Source of the DNA: a virus
Taxonomy: Duplodnaviria; Caudoviricetes
IMG/VR virus record: IMGVR_UViG_2716884207_000004
Span: 1,808-65,807 of that record
Strand: one strand, 5' to 3'
DNA length: 64,000 bases
Part shown: positions 46,087 to 54,738 of the stretch, piece by piece
Position numbering within the stretch: the stretch's first letter is position 1
Layout: every line of letters begins with the position of its first letter
Position numbers and translations under genes: made by a program
Notes under the pieces: model-generated
Seen by the model: the letters and a program-made list of their open reading frames with translations, nothing else
Database searches by the model: none
What the model was told of the DNA's origin: nothing

Positions 46087-48252
46087 TTAAACCGCCTCCT
46101 TGTTTTTAAACCATTCGTCCACCGACATACCATCGCCCCAACGACGCATTATTTCGATGTCGGTTTTATTCGGGATATTACCGAAAACGTACGTATTAAC
46201 CATTACGTCTTCGAAATCTTTTACGTCCTCTTTCGTAAGTGTTTCCGGAACTAAAAGCAATGCTTCGTCGTGTACTACGCACCATATTCGCCATTCTCCT
46301 CGTCCTTCTGCCGTTTTACGATCGCATAACTCTTGAAGCGCAATCATAGTCGCCTTAGTTTGAATCGCTGCGGAGCCTTGAACCCTGGCGTTTGTTGATT
46401 GCGTATAGACAGCCGAATAGTACCCTTTTGCATTCCGATCCTTTGCGTCCGGCAGCCGTCTCTTTCGCTGGCTATGATCCATCCATACGTATCCGTGTTT
46501 TTTAACGAAAGCTTGATTCGATTCGACCCACTTCTTAACCACCGGAAACCTTTCGAAGAAGTTATCGAGGAACTTTTGCGCTTCCTGCTTCGTAATTCCA
46601 ATCGCGTCTTTGAGCATGTTAGCGCCACCACCGTAAGCAACCGCGAGCATGATAACTTTCGCTTGTTTACGATATACCGAGCCGTCTCCGCAGTCTTCTA
46701 TCGGCTTGTTAAAAACCTCCGAAGCAATGGACGCGTATAGGTCGTTTCCTTGCAAGTAATTATCGACTAGCTTCGGATCTTGCGAGAAGTACGCCAGGCA
46801 CCGGTATTCTTGCTGGCTCCAGTCTCCGCCAAGTATTGCGTAACCTTTAGGAGCAACGAATAACTTACGTGCTTCTTTCGGCTGATTCTGAAGATTGACG
46901 CCGGTACCTCCGGATGAAAAGCGCCCAGTTTTTGCGCCGTTTTGATTAAAGTTCGTGTAAAGCTTTCGGGTCTTACGGTCAATCAATTCCGGCAAAGCGT
47001 TGATATACGTTGAGTAAAGTTTGAATAGTTCTTTATATTCGAGAAGCTTCTTGATAATCGGATATTTTTTCGCGAGTGGTTTCAATACTTTCTTCGCATC
47101 TGTTGACGCTAGCTTTTCTCCTGTCGCTTTTTCTAACGCTGGCTTAAGCTGCGCCGGCGAGTTAATGTTAATATCGCCTAATTCATCGATGATCTCCGCA
47201 TATAAACGGTCAATCTGCGCTTTGATTTCCTTACCGTATTCCTTCGCGAAACCTAGGTCGATATTGAAGCCGGTAGACTCCAGTTTTTGCACGACGCTGA
47301 TCAACGGAACTTCCACCGTTTCGTAATAACGAAGGATCTCCGGGAATTTCGTAAGCTGATAGCGTTGGAAATCTCGTAGTTTACGCGTTACATCTCCGTC
47401 TTTAGCAGCGTAGGCAAGCGCAATATTCAAGTCGCTGATTTCGTCAAAGCCGATCTTTCCGAATAAGTCCCCGTAGGTATCTGATTTAATCCGCAGGTAC
47501 TTAGTAACGAGATTCTTTAGAGCAAAGGACGGCTCGTTTTCGTTAAGCAACCGCATAGCTTCCTGAGTGTCCCACGTCAGTCCACGCAACTTAATACCTT
47601 CGCGATCCAGCATGTGTATATCGAACTTGGCGTTATGGGCGAGCTTACCGATCGACTCGTCTTCATAGTACGGACACAACTTTTCGAGCACATATTCGTT
47701 GTCTAATTGCGGATGATCCGTTTTATGCTTCGTTGGTATATACGCATGTACGTCCGCTTTAATGGCCGTAATTACATGGCCGACAATATAGTCGTTCCAT
47801 ACATCTGTACCCGTCGTCTCTACGTCAAATACGATTTCTTCTTCGTTATCCAGCAACGCCAGGAATTCGTCTAAGCGCGCTTCAGTCGTTATCAGCCAGT
47901 AATTGTCCGGCGTGTTCTCGACCATCTGCCGCAAGGTTTCTTCGCGCTGTGCTTCCTGTAGCGTCTTCCATAACCGCAGCGCCTCCGCCTTGCTGAACGC
48001 TTTAGGGTTTCCGGCCTTGTTTACGCAGTCAGCCGGATCACGCGCCAACTTGCCCGCATCCATAGCCGCCTTGACTTCTGTGAGCCGTTTGCGATCGGCA
48101 TCCGATAGTTTCATCGCGAATATCTTGCGCCAGCTTTCCTCGATCGGCTCGGCGGTCTTGGCTTTCGCCTTCCGCTTGGCCGTCGCCTGGACCGCGTCAG
48201 TTTTCGGTGCTGCCGGCTTCAGCGCGTCCAAGTTTAACCGTAAGCCTTCCAT
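46087..48252 (-). CDS. Family A DNA polymerase with 3'-5' exonuclease
   Basis: FDVETTG, HNAKFD, YAAKD, TGRFSS, DWSQQEYR, RKQAK...YG, VHDE; SD-supported ATG at 48252. Confidence 0.95.
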   Translation of the reverse strand: MEGLRLNLDALKPAAPKTDAVQATAKRKAKAKTAEPIEESWRKIFAMKLSDADRKRLTEVKAAMDAGKLARDPADCVNKAGNPKAFSKAEALRLWKTLQEAQREETLRQMVENTPDNYWLITTEARLDEFLALLDNEEEIVFDVETTGTDVWNDYIVGHVITAIKADVHAYIPTKHKTDHPQLDNEYVLEKLCPYYEDESIGKLAHNAKFDIHMLDREGIKLRGLTWDTQEAMRLLNENEPSFALKNLVTKYLRIKSDTYGDLFGKIGFDEISDLNIALAYAAKDGDVTRKLRDFQRYQLTKFPEILRYYETVEVPLISVVQKLESTGFNIDLGFAKEYGKEIKAQIDRLYAEIIDELGDININSPAQLKPALEKATGEKLASTDAKKVLKPLAKKYPIIKKLLEYKELFKLYSTYINALPELIDRKTRKLYTNFNQNGAKTGRFSSGGTGVNLQNQPKEARKLFVAPKGYAILGGDWSQQEYRCLAYFSQDPKLVDNYLQGNDLYASIASEVFNKPIEDCGDGSVYRKQAKVIMLAVAYGGGANMLKDAIGITKQEAQKFLDNFFERFPVVKKWVESNQAFVKKHGYVWMDHSQRKRRLPDAKDRNAKGYYSAVYTQSTNARVQGSAAIQTKATMIALQELCDRKTAEGRGEWRIWCVVHDEALLLVPETLTKEDVKDFEDVMVNTYVFGNIPNKTDIEIMRRWGDGMSVDEWFKNKEAV

Positions 48253-48403
48253 CCGTCGTCCTCCTTCCTCGCGAAGTAATTTCGTTAAATTTATACGCCG
48301 AATACTTTGTCTAATCCGAAAATAATTAATATGCTTGTGAAAATTGCGATGAGGACGCATAACACCGTAGTCAGAAAATGATCGACGTTAAATTTATCCC
48401 GTT

Positions 48404-48583
48404 TCATAAATCGACCGCCTCCGTCCATCTTCGTTTATATTCCGCTTCATTGTCCGCATACCACTCCGACCAACACGCCGCCCCGCACGCATAGACCTCG
48501 AAGAGCGAATCGTAAGTGGCGGATCGCCCTTCGTAGAGGTTAGCGTTGCAATTGGCGCAGACGGCGGCCGGCTTAGCGGTCAA
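48404..48583 (-). CDS. Small zinc-finger protein
   Basis: CANC...CGAAC; TTG start overlapping upstream stop. Confidence 0.6.
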   Translation of the reverse strand: MTAKPAAVCANCNANLYEGRSATYDSLFEVYACGAACWSEWYADNEAEYKRRWTEAVDL

Positions 48584-49619
48584 AGCGAGCCTCGACTGGC
48601 GTGATGAGTTCGACTCTAAGATAGTATTCATGCACTGTATCCAAGACGGACCCGCTAGAGTCTTGTCTGAGGACTTCGATAATATCCCCGTTTGATACAT
48701 GTCCAGCACACTGATTGTCTACTACTCGCGCGATATCGCCTTTCTTATACTCGCCAACCTCGCGTCCGATTTCCGCCCACTTCTTGTGCTCGGCGGCTTC
48801 GGCGGCTACGCGTTTAGCTTCGGCAACTTCTTTGTCAGTGGCACGTACTAGTTCATCTTCATAGAACCAACCGCTGCGCTCCCCATTTAATTTATCGCAT
48901 TTGTAAGGAATTTCGATTTTATCGTCCATTTTCACGATTACAATTTCTCCGATTTCTGCGGAATGATCGCGGATGCGTTTAACCACCTTCGCATAATCAC
49001 CGACCTTCAGACGATAAGGCTTCGGCTCGGCCTCTACACTTGCGGCGTTGACTTTGCGATAGACTTCGAACACTTCGAGCGAGACTCCACAATTTTTGTC
49101 GCCATCATCGTCGATAAAGTCCAAATATCCTTCGTAATCTATATTCACAATCTCGTACATTTTGCCGACAGTAATAGAAGAGTCGTTAGTTTCGATAAAC
49201 TTTACGTAATCGCCCGCTCGCGCTTCGCTTTTGCCGATCCGCGTATATTCCGCCTCACCCTTCAGCGCAGCCACGTCGGATTTTAACGATTCGATTTCGC
49301 CTTCCGCCTTTGCTACGCGTTCTTCTACGGACGGGTTGGTTGCGTCGGCGATTTTGCGGAAGAGATCGTACCACTCCTCCGTCCAATTATGATGCGCCCC
49401 GTAATCGTCTAAAACACAAACTGCGCTACGTCCGCCCGCAATTACGTCATAGAATCCGCCAGGAGTTGACTGGAATTCCGCTTTATCTGCTAGGCGTACG
49501 ATATCGCCCTTTCTCGCCCCGCCTTCCACGCGCTCGTAAGCCGCACCGCCATACGCAACCTTCGTAATTTCACCGTTCACCATATCGAGTGTCTTAACGC
49601 CTTCTAACTTCGCCATCAT
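48573..49619 (-). CDS. Mosaic protein of tandem small beta-barrel-like modules
   Basis: Four x-x-GD-x-(V/A) repeats (RKGDIV, RAGDYV, KVGDYA, KKGDIA). Confidence 0.7.
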   Translation of the reverse strand: MMAKLEGVKTLDMVNGEITKVAYGGAAYERVEGGARKGDIVRLADKAEFQSTPGGFYDVIAGGRSAVCVLDDYGAHHNWTEEWYDLFRKIADATNPSVEERVAKAEGEIESLKSDVAALKGEAEYTRIGKSEARAGDYVKFIETNDSSITVGKMYEIVNIDYEGYLDFIDDDGDKNCGVSLEVFEVYRKVNAASVEAEPKPYRLKVGDYAKVVKRIRDHSAEIGEIVIVKMDDKIEIPYKCDKLNGERSGWFYEDELVRATDKEVAEAKRVAAEAAEHKKWAEIGREVGEYKKGDIARVVDNQCAGHVSNGDIIEVLRQDSSGSVLDTVHEYYLRVELITPVEARFDR

Positions 49620-50050
49620 ACCGCCTCCGCTTCCGTTTTTTCTTCGTACATGTTTCGGTTGAGTGACAACGGCAGTTCAACCCACCGTTTACTCGCCTGT
49701 ATCGTAGACTTCGCCCAATATTCGCGCTGATTCGGTTCGTTCTCAAACATCCAGACACGAGGTGGTTCGCCAGGATCGCCCAATACGCCAACAAAATAAT
49801 CAACGTCGGACCGATCGTAGCACTGCCCCTTTCCGTTAGTCGTATAGAGAACGAGCTCGTTATTGCGATCGTGCCTGCGCCGGAACGTTTTCACCTGAAC
49901 TTTATATTCTTTACCGGTAATAGGATCTTCCGCCTTAAAGTCGTATGGCTGAGCAAGTTGCGGACGGGAAACCGCAAACCCGTTCGCAAGTAATGCCAGT
50001 TCTGCGACAACCTCCGAATACTTGCCAACAACTTCGGTTAAGTGCGCCAT
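49616..50050 (-). CDS. Free-standing PD-(D/E)XK endonuclease (I-Ssp6803I-like)
   Basis: G..SE...L...GF.VS.P...YDF...KVQVKT...VDYF. Confidence 0.8.
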   Translation of the reverse strand: MAHLTEVVGKYSEVVAELALLANGFAVSRPQLAQPYDFKAEDPITGKEYKVQVKTFRRRHDRNNELVLYTTNGKGQCYDRSDVDYFVGVLGDPGEPPRVWMFENEPNQREYWAKSTIQASKRWVELPLSLNRNMYEEKTEAEAV

Positions 50051-50089
50051 CTAAGCGCCTCCTTTTCGTTTGGTTAGGTTTGATCGCGA

Positions 50090-50872
50090 TTAAAAATCGA
50101 ATGAATCTTCGGCAGGTGCTTCGTTAGATTCCGTACCCGCTCCGAGCGACAATCCGATCAAGCTAATATCGAAGCCCGCCGCGACTAGGTTTTCGGTCTG
50201 CGTTTTTTCGTCCGCTTCGAACAACAACCCGTCAAACAGCGCCGAGTTAAATTCCTTGCCATCAAACTTGGCGAAGTTCTCGCGTTCCTTTTCGTTAAGA
50301 TCTTCGTCAAAGTCGATCAGAGGTGTCAGCGCGACCTTAGTATCTTTCGCCTGTCCTGTTGCGTTCGTTTTCGTTAATTCAAACGCAAGCTTGCCGAGCT
50401 TCTTTTCGTATTTCGTAATTGTTGCGTATACGTCCAGCGCTTGGTTGCGCGTTAAATCTACAACGATTTCTTTTCCGGTAGCTAGATCAACGAAGCCCAT
50501 AGCGAATCGTTCCTTGCCGCGATACTTGCTGGCCTCCTGGCTTTGCGCTTTCTCTTCTTTCTCGTTGCCTGCGTCTTTGGCTGCGAATTGGAGTTCGCGG
50601 TGATACTTTTCGGCTAAATCCCACGGCGTGTGATCGCTAACTACGAAGCCCTTTTCGTTACGCGTAGAAGGATTCTTCGCAACAAACGTATTTACTTTCT
50701 TGTAAACGCCATAACCGAAATACTGCATGAGGTCTTCCGTACCGAGCACGCGCACCTTATAAGAAGAACCTACGCTAAACTTTGCGAAGTCGATCGTATT
50801 TAAGTTACCGCCCTCGCTTCCACCTGACTGTAAAGCTCCTAGTGCCGCTGCGCCTTTTTGAAATTGTGTCAT
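50090..50872 (-). CDS. Single-stranded DNA-binding protein (putative)
   Basis: Position in replication module; acidic tail ending EDSFDF. Confidence 0.7.
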   Translation of the reverse strand: MTQFQKGAAALGALQSGGSEGGNLNTIDFAKFSVGSSYKVRVLGTEDLMQYFGYGVYKKVNTFVAKNPSTRNEKGFVVSDHTPWDLAEKYHRELQFAAKDAGNEKEEKAQSQEASKYRGKERFAMGFVDLATGKEIVVDLTRNQALDVYATITKYEKKLGKLAFELTKTNATGQAKDTKVALTPLIDFDEDLNEKERENFAKFDGKEFNSALFDGLLFEADEKTQTENLVAAGFDISLIGLSLGAGTESNEAPAEDSFDF

Positions 50873-50898
50873 TCGTTTTCCCCCTACGTTTTAATATT

Positions 50899-51019
50899 GA
50901 GCGTTAAGCCCTCGCAAAATGCCGGTATCTGCGCCCGAAACGCCGCCAGCGCTTGGCAGTAGCGACGCGACCCGAATTACTTAACGGACACCCCGACATT
51001 CTCCGAGGGCCTGGCGCCC
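50899..51019 (-). ncRNA. Long structured leader upstream of ssb
   Basis: Nested stems GGCCCTCG/CGAGGGCT, GAATGTCGG/CCGGCATTT, GTGTCCG/CGGGCGC, CGTCGCTA/TGGCGGCG with G-U pairs on minus strand. Confidence 0.6.
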
Positions 51020-51127
51020 TTACTGCGTTTTCTTCGCGTCGTTTTTGTACGTTTCCCACGCCATACCGCCGATAATGACCGCGCTGATAACCGCGACAAT
51101 AGGAACGATCCATACTGCGTCAGACAT
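51020..51127 (-). CDS. 35-aa single-TM peptide
   Basis: MSDAVWIVPIVAVISAVIIGGMAW; SD AAGGAG. Confidence 0.6.
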   Translation of the reverse strand: MSDAVWIVPIVAVISAVIIGGMAWETYKNDAKKTQ

Positions 51128-51686
51128 ATGCCGCAACTCCTTTTTCAATCGACTTGATTTCGGATTTAATTGCGTTAACTTTTTCGTTAATATCTGCGTA
51201 TTCTTTCTTCGCAATGTCTATTTTCGCGTCGATAACAGCGATAATCTTGTGTGCTCTTGCTCTAGCGCGATTCAATTCGAGTTGGGCGAGTTCGAGATTC
51301 TTTTCCGCAAGCTGAATCGTAAGAGTTCGTAATTCGCGATTACGACGGACAATCAAAGCGTCAGACTTGCGTTTAAGTACCGCCTTAAGTTCGTCAGGAA
51401 GATCGGTAATTGGCGGCGTACTTGCGGTCGGCGTATCTTCGACTGGCGCCAAAGGATCGGCCATTTTGTAAAGGGTCACTACGCGAATACCATCGACGAT
51501 CAATCGTGTTCTTGATTTAATATGATCGAAAGCTTTTACTCGTTTCCCATATTCGTTGGTAAGATCGCCTACATAGAAAGCCGTTTGCATTAGCTGCCGA
51601 ATATGTCCAGCGGCCTGTGGGCGACTGATGCCTAATCGTTCTACAGCGCGGTCAACAGCGTGCTTTGTGACCTCGTAATGTTTCAT
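51120..51686 (-). CDS. Hypothetical protein (TKHAVDR..ER N-terminus plus coiled coil)
   Basis: ORF track; coupled genes. Confidence 0.7.
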   Translation of the reverse strand: MKHYEVTKHAVDRAVERLGISRPQAAGHIRQLMQTAFYVGDLTNEYGKRVKAFDHIKSRTRLIVDGIRVVTLYKMADPLAPVEDTPTASTPPITDLPDELKAVLKRKSDALIVRRNRELRTLTIQLAEKNLELAQLELNRARARAHKIIAVIDAKIDIAKKEYADINEKVNAIKSEIKSIEKGVAAYV

Positions 51687-51838
51687 CCGACGCGCACCGC
51701 CTTAATGGCCGGATAGTAGTCGGCCGGATCTTCGTCGTGCGGCCATGCGCCTTGGTAAATAAATTCGGTAAGTTTGCGCTCATCTAGCGCGATTAACGTT
51801 TGGATTTCGTTAGGATTGGGTAAATTTGAAGTAGTCAT
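51683..51838 (-). CDS. 51-aa hypothetical protein
   Basis: SD GGAGG; MTTSNLPNPNEIQTLIALDERKL...; ATGA overlap. Confidence 0.6.
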   Translation of the reverse strand: MTTSNLPNPNEIQTLIALDERKLTEFIYQGAWPHDEDPADYYPAIKAVRVG

Positions 51839-51908
51839 AGTACGTTAGCCTCCGTTTAAATTGAGATTATCGTACTAGGTCGCGAGGGCGTGTTCGCATA
51901 TCGTTCGC

Positions 51909-51937
51909 TTGAATCTGTTGCCAACAGATTGTATTAT
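51909..51937 (+). promoter_or_regulatory. Antisense SigA promoter with palindromic operator inside a long inverted repeat
   Basis: TTGAAT-N17-TATTAT; AATCTGTTG-C-CAACAGATT at 51912-51930. Confidence 0.65.
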
Positions 51938-51980
51938 AGAGGAGTAACGAACGTCCTCGGACCTAGTTACGTATAGCGTG

Positions 51981-52615
51981 TTATACAGCTAGAAAAGCGT
52001 TAAGTTCGCCGTGTTGAGAAGCGTCGTAATTTTTCGCTAAACCTTTGATCACACGTTCTACTTTTTTGTAGTGAACGCCTACCTTACTGCCGATCGAAGC
52101 GTATGTAGGTCGCTCACTCGAAAGATGCTCATTAACGATTGCAGTCGTTATGGCATCGGAATTTACTGTTAGGGCCTTGATAAGTTGCAGCTTATCTTGG
52201 TCCGTTTTTATTTCTCCGTCTAATTGAGAAATCACCTTATCTTCTATATGGATAACAGCGCCAGATTCGAATGTTGCAGCATTCTCTTCTGCGGTTGAAT
52301 CCATTAATTTATGTCGTTTAACATATGTTCCATTCTTCCCGCGAATAATATCTATAGATGATTTCTTTAGTTCGTAGATTATCGCGTTTTCCGCGTTTTT
52401 TATTTTTTTGTATCGACTGATGAAGACCACTTCCAAAGTTTTTCGTGTAAGGCACTAAGTATGTCTTCGCGAATAACTTGTCTAGTTTTAGAAAAATCAG
52501 ATAAAACCTTAGAAATTAAGTCTCTTGATTCTTCAAATAGTAGGTTGAAGTCCTCATCCTGCCTAGTTATTTGATAGGCGTTGATTAGCTGTATTAACTT
52601 TTCGTGTTTCTTCAA
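51981..52615 (-). pseudogene. Sigma-factor-like regulator split into two ORFs at an A7 run (frameshifted or recoded)
   Basis: ORF 52615-52400 ends ACA AAA AAA TAA; -1 frame continues to C-terminal HTH (TYASIGSKVGVHYKKVERVI); fused length ~211 aa. Confidence 0.65.
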
Positions 52616-52783
52616 CTAAAATCCCTCCTCATTTATTGATGCGTATAAACTTTCCTTTTTGGACACCATTTCATAAAAGAAATAATATTTTCTTTCATGT
52701 CCATATATTAGCATGTCTAACATTATAATTATCTAAATAGGAACAATATTTTGATTTAGCAAACTTGTTCAGGTATGTAAACA

Positions 52784-52817
52784 AAATAAAAAGCCCACCT
52801 ACCGTGAGATGGGCTTT
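52784..52817 (-). terminator. Terminator after aimP
   Basis: AAAGCCCATCT-CACGGT-AGGTGGGCTTT then T-rich tail. Confidence 0.8.
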
Positions 52818-52822
52818 AAAAC

Positions 52823-52942
52823 TTATCCTCCGATCGCGTTGATTGCTACTTCTTTACCTGGATCTGATACCTGGTTACTATACAGCAACCCTAGAGTTAA
52901 CACACTCACCAATGTTAAAACAACTAATAAAGTCTTCTTCAA
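52823..52942 (-). CDS. aimP: Arbitrium signalling pre-pro-peptide (predicted mature peptide INAIGG)
   Basis: SD AAGGAG, TTG start; MKKTLLVVLTLVSVLTLGLLYSNQVSDPGKEVA-INAIGG*; overlaps 3' end of aimR. Confidence 0.85.
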   Translation of the reverse strand: MKKTLLVVLTLVSVLTLGLLYSNQVSDPGKEVAINAIGG

Positions 52943-54116
52943 AAACAACATCTCCTTTTTTCGATGAGGTTCCCCTCAAGTTTATTGTCAGGTTTTTGAT
53001 GAAATCAGTACATTCGCCTGCCTCCATCAAATCCCTTACAATTATAGATGCGTAATACAAATTAGAATCGGACACGAAATCACAAAACTTTTTATAAAGG
53101 CTTTTCCGATCTCCTGAAATCGCCTCGAAATATCCGGTAAGGTCAGGGTCGCCTATTTTCCCAACGCAATCTAGTGCATCTTCATAGGAGACTTTTCCTT
53201 TTCTAAACCCCTCAACCTTTTTCAAAACATCAGGTGCGCTTTCTTCAACTTTCTTTGATAAGAGGATTCTAGCAAAGTTATAATTATAAACCGCGTACCC
53301 TTCTAATCGCTCGTCTTTTAATTCTTTAGCTACTTCAACACTGTCTTTTAAGTAGCTCAAACAAATTGATTCATCTGTTTGCAAGTAAGTCATACCAATG
53401 ATGTACAAAGCGTCTGAATTCACTCTCTTGTTAATATTAGCATTGAGGAGAATATTTGAGTAGCGTCTAGCTTCTTCTAAGTTGTTTGAAAAAAGGTGTG
53501 CATATGCTAAAATCTCAGATAGCCTGTACAAATAACACTCCTTTAAAAACAGATGAGATTTATCATTCAATCCATTTATTTGAACTTCGAGTTCTGAAGC
53601 TTTGTTTATTACATATGAGAACTGTCTTTTATGAAGTAAAGTGATACAACCGTAGATGTCTACAAGAATTTTAAGGATTGGGTCGTTGAGGTTTGATAGT
53701 TTGTCTAGTTCTTCGTTCATTGAATCGAACTTAACTTTTCCGTGCATGTACTTACTGATAAAAGAATACACCTTGACGTACTTCTCGATAATATTCCGCT
53801 TTTCGCATTTATAAGTCTCGATATGTTTATCCAGAAGCTCGATATCTCTAGTTATAGCAGCATACTCAAAAGTCTTTCTTATACAATCGGAGCTCTCGGT
53901 TAATTGAGGGCATACGTCTCTCATAAAGGATCTATAATTTTCAGGATCTGCTAATTGCGAAAGGACAAGAAGGCTTCTTAATGTCAGTTTCCGCTTTCCA
54001 GCTCTAAGGTTTCCTACTTGTTTTGTAGACAGTTTTAAATATGACGCGATTAATGAGTCGTTTAAATCATCTCTATCCGAAATACGATCAAATAGAAAGT
54101 TTCTAACTTTGTCCAT
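52878..54116 (-). CDS. aimR: AimR-family peptide receptor (HTH plus TPR)
   Basis: N-terminal HTH, FEYA, FLKECYLYRL, NNLEEARRY, YIIGMTY; followed by small secreted peptide gene and terminator. Confidence 0.85.
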   Translation of the reverse strand: MDKVRNFLFDRISDRDDLNDSLIASYLKLSTKQVGNLRAGKRKLTLRSLLVLSQLADPENYRSFMRDVCPQLTESSDCIRKTFEYAAITRDIELLDKHIETYKCEKRNIIEKYVKVYSFISKYMHGKVKFDSMNEELDKLSNLNDPILKILVDIYGCITLLHKRQFSYVINKASELEVQINGLNDKSHLFLKECYLYRLSEILAYAHLFSNNLEEARRYSNILLNANINKRVNSDALYIIGMTYLQTDESICLSYLKDSVEVAKELKDERLEGYAVYNYNFARILLSKKVEESAPDVLKKVEGFRKGKVSYEDALDCVGKIGDPDLTGYFEAISGDRKSLYKKFCDFVSDSNLYYASIIVRDLMEAGECTDFIKNLTINLRGTSSKKGDVVFEEDFISCFNIGECVNSRVAV

Positions 54117-54186
54117 GTTGTTCACCCCAGTTTTAAGTAAATGAATGACATTTCCACCACGTTTAAGTATAATTGAATTATATCTC

Positions 54187-54210
54187 ATATGTTTATATAC
54201 GTAAACATAT
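54187..54210. promoter_or_regulatory. Operator-like inverted repeat between divergent aimR and HTH genes
   Basis: ATATGTTTA-N6-TAAACATAT. Confidence 0.55.
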
Positions 54211-54230
54211 TATTAGGAGGATTTTTAAAA

Positions 54231-54440
54231 ATGATCGATTTTTCCCCTTTGATGGAGACTTTAAAAGAAAAAGAAATGAATCTGAGTGATTTACGTCAGG
54301 TTATGAGTTCAGCTACTCAAGCTAAAATAAAGAAAAATCATAAAGTGTCTGACTCTAAAATGCGTCTAGGAACTATTGAGAAAATATGTTTATTATTAGA
54401 CGTTCCTGTGGAAAGAGTCATTAGGATTGTCAAGGAATAA
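54231..54440 (+). CDS. Cro/CI-type HTH regulator
   Basis: MIDFSPL..TL...TIEKICLLLDVPVERVI; SD AGGAGG. Confidence 0.8.
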   Translation: MIDFSPLMETLKEKEMNLSDLRQVMSSATQAKIKKNHKVSDSKMRLGTIEKICLLLDVPVERVIRIVKE

Positions 54441-54504
54441 ATATTGGTAAATGTTCTTTCTATAAGTTAAAATGTTACGGACACCTTTACGAATGGAGGT
54501 GTTT

Positions 54505-54738
54505 ATTACGTTTAAGGTCGGCAAATGCCGGATACCCGAATTATGCAAAGATATCGGAATTGAACACGCACAACTCGCAGCCAAGGTCGGACTAGATAAA
54601 TCGCGTATTTCCGATTACGCCAGTCTTCGCAATATACCGAATATCGAGCTCGCCTATAATATCGCTCGTGCACTCGGCTGTAGACTCGAAGACTTATACG
54701 AATGGGTAGAGGTATCCGGCGACGAAACGGAGGGCTAG
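54505..54738 (+). CDS. XRE-family regulator; start uncertain (ATT after GGAGG)
   Basis: HAQLAAKVGLDKSRISDY...IARALGCRLEDLYEW. Confidence 0.8.
   Translation: MTFKVGKCRIPELCKDIGIEHAQLAAKVGLDKSRISDYASLRNIPNIELAYNIARALGCRLEDLYEWVEVSGDETEG

Noticed and set aside
51883-51907. LexA boxes near the antisense promoter
   Set aside because: Only GTTCG half-sites; two or more mismatches in the other half
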